A DNA stretch of 16,256 bases, taken from the NCBI GenBank assembly GCA_964016885.1, contig CAXHJY010001002.1, forward strand, positions 1 to 16,256. Direction: 5' to 3'. Shown in pieces: positions 8,661 to 16,256 of this stretch; the first letter of the stretch is position 1; every line of letters starts with the position of its first letter. The notes under the pieces were generated by a model, which was given only the letters and a program-made list of their open reading frames with translations, was not told where the DNA came from and did not search any database. This DNA is from Eledone cirrhosa. Lineage: Eukaryota. The position numbers were made by a program, and so were the translations under genes.

Positions 8661-8768
8661 CAAGGTTAACTTTGCCTTTCATCCTTACGGGGTCGTTGAA
8701 ATAAAACACCAGTAATGCACTGGGGTAATTGCTGGCCTTGTGCCAAAAGTAGAAACTATTATTATTAT
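8661..8768 (+). mobile_element. 5'-truncated family A SINE (same 28-bp deletion variant)
   Basis: caaggttaactttgcctttcatcc...gcactggggt|aattgctggcc...agaaactattattattat; nearly the reverse complement of 5881-5979. Confidence 0.88.
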
Positions 8769-8932
8769 CATGTCCACCCTCGGGATTGATCTTAATTTCT
8801 GGTTTAGTGAAGATAGCAGACCACATCCAGTGGTCTTGGATATCATGATATTGTTTCCCTCTTTTCAGTGTCTATCTAATACCTTTTGTATCATCCTAGC
8901 CATTCCAAGCAAACATAGGTTCTGTAACATTA
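8757..8932 (-). mobile_element. Extreme 3' end of a second R4/Dong-like element with (TAA)n tail
   Basis: 8930..8865 reads MLQNLCLLGMARMIQKVLDRH*, resembling the LQK..LLGTARILRKVL C-terminus of R4/Dong ORFs. About 95 nt of 3'UTR end in gataataataata. ATT repeats flank both sides. Confidence 0.72.
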
Positions 8933-8934
8933 TT

Positions 8935-9158
8935 GGATTGGCAGTATTGGCAGAGCATCGGTCACCGTGTTTCGCAACATAGAGTTACGGCCCCTTACAT
9001 TCTGAGTTGAGATCCTGCCAAGGTTAGCTTTGCCTTTCATCCTTACAGGGTCGATAAATAAAGTACTAATAATGTACAGGGATGGATTTAATTGACTTTC
9101 CCCTCCCCTTCAAATTGCTGACCTGGTTCCTAAAGTAGAAACAATTATTATTATTATT
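8935..9158 (+). mobile_element. tRNA-derived SINE, family A, near full length with (ATT)n tail
   Basis: tggcagtattgg A-box, gagttgagatcc degenerate B-box, core ctttgcctttcatccttacagggtcgataaa, tail agaaacaattattattattatt. Confidence 0.88.
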
Positions 9159-9459
9159 CTGCTCATATTTTAACCCGATATTTTGCTATCCACAATAGCA
9201 GCTGGCTGTTTTACAGCTACTTCTGTGTTTATGATTCCTACAGTTTTATGAAATTTCTTATACAGTCATCGCTCCAATCATGTTTATTATTATTTAGTTT
9301 TATGCTAAAATAGTTGTAAATTTACCAGTCTATCTCTTGCATGAGTATGGAAGTTTTTTAAAATGCTTTCCTAGTTTCCTGACTTCATGCTATAATTTGA
9401 TAAAGAGGTTGTTTTATTTGAAAGAAAACCTCATTTTTTTTTGTTTTTTGTTGCTCCAG

Positions 9460-9511
9460 CAAATTTCAATAGGCTTTAACAACAATATTAGCAACAACAA
9501 CAACAGCTGTG
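9460..9511 (+). CDS. Candidate 52-nt host micro-exon (QISIGFNNNISNNNNSC)
   Basis: Branch-like ctcat near 9430-9434, long T-rich tract, CAG acceptor ending at 9459, G|GTATGA donor at 9512, open in phase 0. No homology recognised. Confidence 0.25.
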
Positions 9512-9839
9512 GTATGAAGTTTAGAAAATAAATCAAATATGTAATATTGGATCCAGTAATTCTTCCCTTTCGATTACAGAATTGAATGGGTTAAATTGTA
9601 CAATAAATTATATTTAACACCCTCTTCTTCCACTAATCTCAAATCCCCACCAACACACCACCACTCCACCCTGCTCCACTCAACCCCACCCCACGTAAAT
9701 AAAGTCTATCTTCTCAAATTTTCAAAAGCCATATCTTTTTTTAAAGATGATTAATTATTGGAGAATTTCTATTTAATTTTAACACTTTCCTTTTTTGTAT
9801 TCCATTCAGTTCTTTCTGGTGATATCATATATGTATGTA

Positions 9840-9976
9840 CAACACATATACACACACACATCTATATAATATATATGCACACACACACACATATATATAT
9901 ATATATGCACGTGTGTGCACACACACACACACACACACACATACATATGTAAATACTCAGACACACATGTGTGTGT
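9840..9976. repeat. Mixed (CA)n/(TA)n/(TG)n microsatellite
   Basis: Direct reading. Confidence 0.9.
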
Positions 9977-9983
9977 TTATATA

Positions 9984-10021
9984 CAGAGTCTGCCAATAAA
10001 ATGTATACACACTTAAGGAAA

Positions 10022-10097
<76 letters not shown>

Positions 10098-10265
10098 ATT
10101 CAACAGCACATTTCTTGCACCAAGACATCTCAACATGGAAATTCATCTTTAGTGTGTGTGTGTGTGTGTGTACAGAGAGGGGGGAGGGGGTTAAACAAGT
10201 TAAATATTTATGCAAGTTTATCTTTTCCTGGAGTCTGTATACATTCTTTTTGGCAGATTCTTCTG
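9984..10265. mobile_element. Tc1/mariner-type MITE with internal (TA)n and (GT)n tracts
   Basis: Imperfect ~45-bp TIRs cagagtctgccaataaaatgtatacacacttaaggaaaagata (9984-10026) vs tatcttttcctggagtctgtatacattctttttggcagattcttctg (10219-10265). CAG...CTG ends flanked by TA at 9982-9983 and 10266-10267. Confidence 0.78.
10024..10091. repeat. (TA)n microsatellite
   Basis: Direct reading. Confidence 0.97.
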
Positions 10266-10288
10266 TATATATATATACACATACACAC

Positions 10289-10520
10289 AATCATCATCAT
10301 CATCATCATCATACATCCATGTTTCCATGCTGGCTTAAGTTACGTGGGTCATTATAAACTAAGTCAGTGCATAATCGAAGCTACTGTGCCCCAAGATGGG
10401 TTAAGGGGTCATGTCTTACATACGTTCAAGTTTTGGCATGGTTTTTATGGTTGGATGTCCTTACTTACTCCAATCACTTTACAGAGTGTACTGGATGCAT
10501 GTTGTTGCGACACCAACACT
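10289..10520 (-). mobile_element. Degenerate element carrying the RTE-type 3' module (non-autonomous element, SINE or short LINE end)
   Basis: (CAT)n tail at 10289-10312, then ccatgtttccatgctgg, and ggttggatgtccttacttactccaatcactttacag, antisense-similar to 2885-2930 and 3010-3070. Confidence 0.65.
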
Positions 10521-12318
10521 AGAAAGGTTATCATGATGTGATGTACCTGGTGAACCCTGTCAACCATTTTTGCATGTTTTATACAGCTTGATATTCTTCA
10601 GAGTGCACCGAATACCTGCAAGGTATATTCTAATTATGAGATAGCTTTACTGTGGTATTTTGATGTCTTATTCTTCTGGGGTCAGGGTGGAGTCTAGAAA
10701 ATAATTACCAGTCAAATACTTATTTATATAATCTACAGTTTGTTCCTACCAAAATTTATGGCCTAGTGCCTACATCTAAAATAAAACAAATGCAATTTTA
10801 AGTTAAAGAAAAACATTACATACAGAATGGCGGTTAATGGAAAAATGAAGAGTAGGAGATAGGAAATGAGAGAGATAGGGAGAACAAAGCCATGAAAGAT
10901 AAGGTGAGTGAAAGTAAGAGGTGGTAATAATATGAGAGAGAGATAGTATGAGTTAAAGGTAGTCTAATACAATACTTGTAGTAAAGTAAGCTACATACAA
11001 AAGAAAGAGAAAGGTGGAGATGAAAGTGTGATGGGAGATAACAGGAAGAGATGCTTAAAGCATTACAGGAGAGAAGATTGGACATACACAGAAACATTTA
11101 GAAATAATAGATATTATGTTGCCATAGATCTCGCATATCCATATATTAATATTTGGTTGATGTTCAACTAGTCTTTCTCCTTTTTCTGTTTCTAATAACG
11201 TTCACCAACCACAACTCTTTTTCACACAGTATATATTTTCTAGAGCACCACTACACTATTTTGTCCTTAACCCCACTGCAGTCATCTCATAATCTGTATA
11301 CTGCTGCCAATGTCTTTAAAATCTATTCAAATTATTCCTCTCCATAAATTTGGAGAGGTTTTCAAATAAAATTACTAATAGTTTTCTTCATCTTGAGTCA
11401 TCCCTCCATTGAAGGTGAAACATTCATTTTACTTTCTTTAATGACTAGAATATATGTAGCTTGCCACATCTGCATACTTATAGATTTATCCACTAACTGG
11501 AGCAGTTGTGCCAACCCATTGTCGAATTAATAGTTAAACATCTGTAAAGTCACTGGTGTTTACGATGCTGAGCTCCTCTAATTAAACCAATCATCGTTGC
11601 ATGAACTACTGCTTACTACAAATAGTAGTAATATGTCTATATTTACTGTTTGTAATAATTTCAACAAGTCTACATAGTGGTGGTTTTTTACTCCTACAGA
11701 AATCTAGGAGGAAACAATTGACAAGATCCCAGACCTCATTTGCTTTCTAAGATGAGTGGAACTAGTTAAATGAGACCAAGGAAACAATGTTTCCATTGGT
11801 GATTCCATTGGTGATATTATCTAACAGTCACAACTCCTAACAGAAATCTTAACTGTATATAATATATCAAACTTACTCGATTCCTTTCTCTCTAATCTTT
11901 GCACATATACCAGCTCTCTTGCATTCATAGCAAAACAGACAGAAGTAGAGACTGACAGAGTAAGATGTAGAGAAAGACAGACAGTTTGACGTAGAGACAG
12001 AAACAGACAGGCAGGCAGAGGGTAAGACAGAGAGACACACAGACTGAAATAAGTAGAGAAAGACTTACTATATACAATATATTGTTCTACTTCAGAATTT
12101 CTTTTTTCTCTCTTTATGACTGAGTGAAACTAAAGAGTTAAAATATCAGAAACCAATAATTTGTAATTCTAAATTCAATGCATTTTCTTAAACTTGGAAA
12201 GAGGCTAAATGCCTGAAAGCAACCAACAATTTCAATAGGAAATAATGTAAGTCATTAGCGTGTTTAGAGTCAACCAACTAGTCCAGTCTTTTACAAACAT
12301 TATGGACATTTATTTTAC

Positions 12319-12578
<260 letters not shown>

Positions 12579-12583
<5 letters not shown>

Positions 12584-12664
12584 CTGTGTTTGAAAGAGGG
12601 AGAGAGAGAGAAGGATATATATATATATATATATCATTATCTCCCTCTTTCAAACACACACACA
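12579..12664. repeat. Local inverted repeat (fold-back)
   Basis: tgtgtttgaaagagggaga (12585-12603) and tctccctctttcaaacaca (12640-12658) are perfect reverse complements, extending to 25 bp with one mismatch. Confidence 0.92.
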
Positions 12665-13142
12665 GTTCAGAAACATCAACATTTCATTATTTCATTCTAA
12701 ATCAGCCCAAAAGAAGAAAACAAGAAAAAAGGTGGGGTGGAGTGATGTGGGAGGAATGGAGTGAAGAGAAAAAAAACAAGAAATAAACACTTAAACAAAG
12801 CAAAGAAAATAGTTGTTTGTATTTGCAGAGTTGAGTAGTCTAAAGCCTATTTCATTATTGCTACTCAGATGGATGTCAGTGGTATTTCTTGCAATATATA
12901 TGTATCTTAACAAAAAAAAAACAATATGACCAACCACTTTCTTATATATCAATTTTTTATACTATCAGCAGAGAGAGAGAGAGTTAGGTACAGTCAGTTC
13001 AATACATATTCTCTCACATATAACTGGTATTAATTTTAGCAATGCCAGGTCTGGTCAGGCTATTAGCAAGTTCACAAAACCCCTTGGAAGTAGTGTTCCA
13101 GTATGGTTGCTATACAATAACAGAAACCAATTTAAAAATGTT

Positions 13143-13374
13143 TAATGCACTGGGGTCGATTTAATCGACTTCCCCTTCCTTCAAAATTGCTGGCCTTGTG
13201 CCTATAGTAGAAATCATTGTTATGTGGCTGGATTGGCAGTATTGGTAGAACGCCAGACAACATGCTTTGCAGCATATAGTTACGGCCCTTTATGTTCTAA
13301 GTTCAAATCCTACCAAGGATAGCTTTGCCTTTCATCCATACGGGGATCGATAAAATAAAGTACCAGTAATACAC
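13143..13374 (+). mobile_element. Circularly permuted family A SINE (3' half precedes 5' part)
   Basis: 13143-13223 is the 3' half plus tail; 13226-13374 is the head with A/B boxes, ending at taatacac, the same consensus position where the first piece begins (taatgcac). Confidence 0.85.
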
Positions 13375-13493
13375 CACTCCTCACTTGTGGAAAAAAAGAA
13401 GATTATGAAGAGAACATGGGAGAGATATTACTAGAGGGAAAATTGTTTAGATTCTGAACTCATTTAATATTCAAGTCAACTCACATAGCTGCT

Positions 13494-13542
13494 TCATCAT
13501 CATCACCATTTTACATCCATTTTTCCACACTGGAATGGGTTA
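13494..13542 (-). mobile_element. Very short RTE-type 3' tail fragment
   Basis: catcatcatcaccattttacatccatttttccacactggaatgggtt is antisense-similar to 3009-3060 (aacccatgctagcgtggaagaacggacgtaaaatggtgatgatg). Confidence 0.65.
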
Positions 13543-13662
13543 ATTGAGGGCAATGTTGGGTCAGGTGACCATGTCTTATAATAATGAAATTATTGTGTAC
13601 AGTGCTCAGGTGCACTACAACTCATCAAAGGTGCATGTCTTTCATACAGAACTGATTATATT

Positions 13663-14216
13663 TCATCATCATCGTTTAACATCCAACTTCCACACTAGCA
13701 TGGGTTGGACGGTATTGTCCCACTTGAGGCAAGATTGGTCAGGAGACTGTTTTGTTTGTACAGAACTGTTTCTGGCTGATTTTCTACGGCTGGATGCCCT
13801 TCCTTACACCAACCATATTCACAGTGTGGACTGGGACCTTTTTACCATGTCTCCTACATGACTACTTTACAGTGTGGACTGGGTGCTTTTTGGCGTGTCA
13901 CTTACACAACCGCTTTACAGTGGGAGGATGGAGTAGGTAGAGTGGAGTGTATATTAGGTTAAAGGGTGCCTACTGACTGTAGGTTTAAGTTTGTATGCAA
14001 GGGAAGACGGGTCTTCTGTATAACTGCATAACACCAGAGATCTCAATCCAGTGATATTGTCTTAGAGAGATGTAAATGAACAAGGTCAGTTTTTATCAGC
14101 TCATCCCAGGTTTTTCTTGGTCTACCCACACCGTAACTTCCATCAATTTTGATTGCTCTACACTTTTTTACACAGCTGTCGTCCTTCATATGCATCACAT
14201 GTCCATACCAATGCAA
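13663..14216 (-). mobile_element. Older, heavily 5'-truncated copy of the same RTE family (C-terminal coding region, 3'UTR, (GAT)n tail)
   Basis: Reverse translation LHWYGHVMHMKDDSCVKKCRAIKIDGSYGVGRPRKTWDELIKTDL aligns with LRWYGHVMRMKDDSCIKRCRALEVDGNHGVGRPKMTWDEVIKADL. Same 3'UTR motifs (ggaagggcatccagc, aacccatgctag) and (CAT)n at 13663-13673. Confidence 0.92.
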
Positions 14217-14539
14217 TTTAGTGATACCTCTATTTGTATGTATGATAGCTTGTTATGAACGTTTCAGTGCTATTGTTTCACTCCAGGTCTACCATAACTG
14301 AAAAGACCAGCCAATTAAAGACATTCCAGCCATGATCATTCCTTCCTCTTGGATATAGCATATCTAGGAGTACATTATCCAATGTGTTTGTCACTTTTCA
14401 AGATATTAGAGTAATTTTAAGGTAGTTAATGTTCCACAATGATTATTTAGTTGTTCAAACAATACCTGCTTGTTGAATTGGTATATAAATGGGTGAGTAT
14501 TCCACAGACACGAGCAAGACCTTTGAATTACTAGTACAT

Positions 14540-14691
14540 GCCAACAGGCTTTCACTCAGTTTTTGTTTAACCAATTTCACTAACAAGTCATGGGTTAACC
14601 TGGGTCTATGGTAAATAACACCTACTCAAAATGCAGTACAGTGTGGTCAAAACTGGGATCTCCTAATTTCAAACTAATCTTCTTAGCCATT
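14540..14691 (-). mobile_element. Old tRNA-derived SINE, family C, with its head split by the family B insertion (continues at 14978-14985)
   Basis: Reverse complement aligns loosely with 140-227. Removing the insertion restores an A-box-like TGGCTGAATGG on the minus strand. Confidence 0.6.
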
Positions 14692-14973
14692 GTGGAAGCA
14701 TGTGGCCCAGTGGTAAGGGGGTTGGACTTATGACTATAACGTAATGGGTTTGATTCCTAGACTGGGTTGTGTTCTTGAACAAAACACTTCATTTCATGCT
14801 GCTTCAGTATACTCAGCTGAAAATGAGTACCAGCAATACTGGGGGGTTTAACCCTGCTCTGAACTGGTGTTCAGCAGGGTGTCTTGTACTCTCACATGCT
14901 TCACATCATGGAAACCAGGATAAGCACCAGCCTGATGAGCTTCCAGACTCGAGACAGACTTTAGACTTTTAAA
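14692..14973 (+). mobile_element. tRNA-derived SINE, family B, apparently full length
   Basis: A-box TGGCCCAGTGG 14703-14713, B-box GGTTTGATTCC 14747-14757, central region recalling conserved-core metazoan SINEs (from memory), short repeated tail agactttagactttt, candidate TSD CATT at 14688-14691 and 14974-14977. Confidence 0.85.
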
Positions 14974-16016
14974 CATTCAGCCATGGTTACTCCAGCTAAA
15001 GTTATCCAATTTCAAAATAGTAAGCAGCAGTTTTATGAAGATTTGGTTTCTATTTCTAACCTGTTTAATAGACCACATTAAGGCTTTCTCTCATTGGTTC
15101 ATTGTCCACTGTGAATATTTAGATGTGTACCTGATTAATGTTATTCCTCACTGCTACAAATACAGTGGTTATGTTGTTGTTATAGTGAGCTTGTCTGCTA
15201 TTAGACAGGCATCGATCAAACTAACTCACATCATCTACTGTCTCTCTCTCTCTCTCCCCATCTCCATCACTCTCGAAAGTGTTGGTTTCCATGGCTGCAA
15301 ACGATTGATGGCATAACAAACAGAAAGCTATTAGAATGGTATGTTCGGCATGCAGTGAGTTCAATTTATATAATTGTACATATATGTGGTTTAGGTTAAA
15401 AGGGATCTTAGAAATAGATAGGTGGCTATTGGCTGTCTTTTGCTGAATACAGTTAATACTTAATAAGGACACACACAGAACAAAGTAGAGCCTTACAGCT
15501 GAAGTGGTGCTACAAGACATAACACAGGAGTATAAGACAAAATAAAGTGAATTGTGATTATTATGATGAAAACTATGATACCTTCTTTTCTCCAAATTTG
15601 TTCTTGCTTCAGATTACTTTCTTTCTTTCCTTCATTTCTTTCTTTCTTTCTTCATTCCTTCCCTCCATCCTTCCATTTCGTTCTCAGTTCTTGGTTCTTC
15701 GTTCAGTTTCCACTTTCTTGACCACAAAAGCAGAAATGTGTATCCATTATCATCTTATTTTTATTCTTGTACTTCTATATTCTATCTTCAGCTGCTCCCA
15801 TCTCAGAACCATACTTAGAATAAATTTCTCTTTTATTTGTTTGTGTTGTTGTTGTGTTGTGTGGATATTGTGTATGTTGTATAAATTGTGATATGTATTT
15901 TTGTATATTATTATTATTATTATGATGATGTAGATTGTGTTTATATTATTGTAAAGTGTTTTGTCTAAAATATCAGCTTTGCAGAATACTCCAATTATTC
16001 TTGGCATTGTTTTTTA

Positions 16017-16156
16017 CATCATCATCGTCATAACCATCATCATCGTCACCACCGTCATCATCACCATCATTTTCATGATCATTATCGCCATTGTCATTGT
16101 CGTCATCAACAAAACCATCATCAACACCACCACCGTCAGTATTATCATCATCATCA
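16017..16156. repeat. Degenerate (CAT)n trinucleotide repeat
   Basis: Direct reading. Confidence 0.9.
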
Positions 16157-16256
16157 AGTGTTAAGCTAACAGAAATGGTTTGAGTGCAACATAGAATGTT
16201 TTCAACATTCTGACTGACTCACTGCTGAAGAAGAAGTGTTAACTTGTGTCTTTTGG

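Noticed and set aside
14695-14770. tRNA gene
   Set aside because: A and B boxes are present but there is no proper cloverleaf, and it continues into a SINE body and tail.
14930-14960. Hammerhead at ctgatgag...ctcgagac
   Set aside because: GAGA instead of GAAA and no convincing stems; better explained as the 3' region of the SINE.
15547-16164. Hydrophobic membrane-protein-like ORFs
   Set aside because: Derived from T-rich low-complexity DNA and (ATT)n/(CAT)n repeats.

Overview
AT-rich, microsatellite-dense eukaryotic intronic or intergenic DNA made almost entirely of transposable-element copies. The repeat families look like those of octopus/coleoid cephalopod genomes (inference from recalled similarity, not a database search). 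No intact host gene is visible; there is one weak micro-exon candidate. The main feature is a 5'-truncated RTE-clade LINE (851-3070) with a frameshift, one premature stop, a (GAT)n tail and an ACATA target-site duplication (TSD). Its reverse transcriptase carries an intact C4HC3 PHD-type zinc finger inserted between RT blocks 6 and 7. Also present: an older antisense copy of the same RTE, two R4/Dong-like retrotransposon remnants missed by the ORF track, hAT-, piggyBac- and Tc1/mariner-type MITEs, and several tRNA-derived SINEs (head-to-tail, nested, and one circularly permuted). There are also two hammerhead-ribozyme-like motifs, a hairpin-bearing 55-bp minisatellite and a local ~86-nt fold-back.
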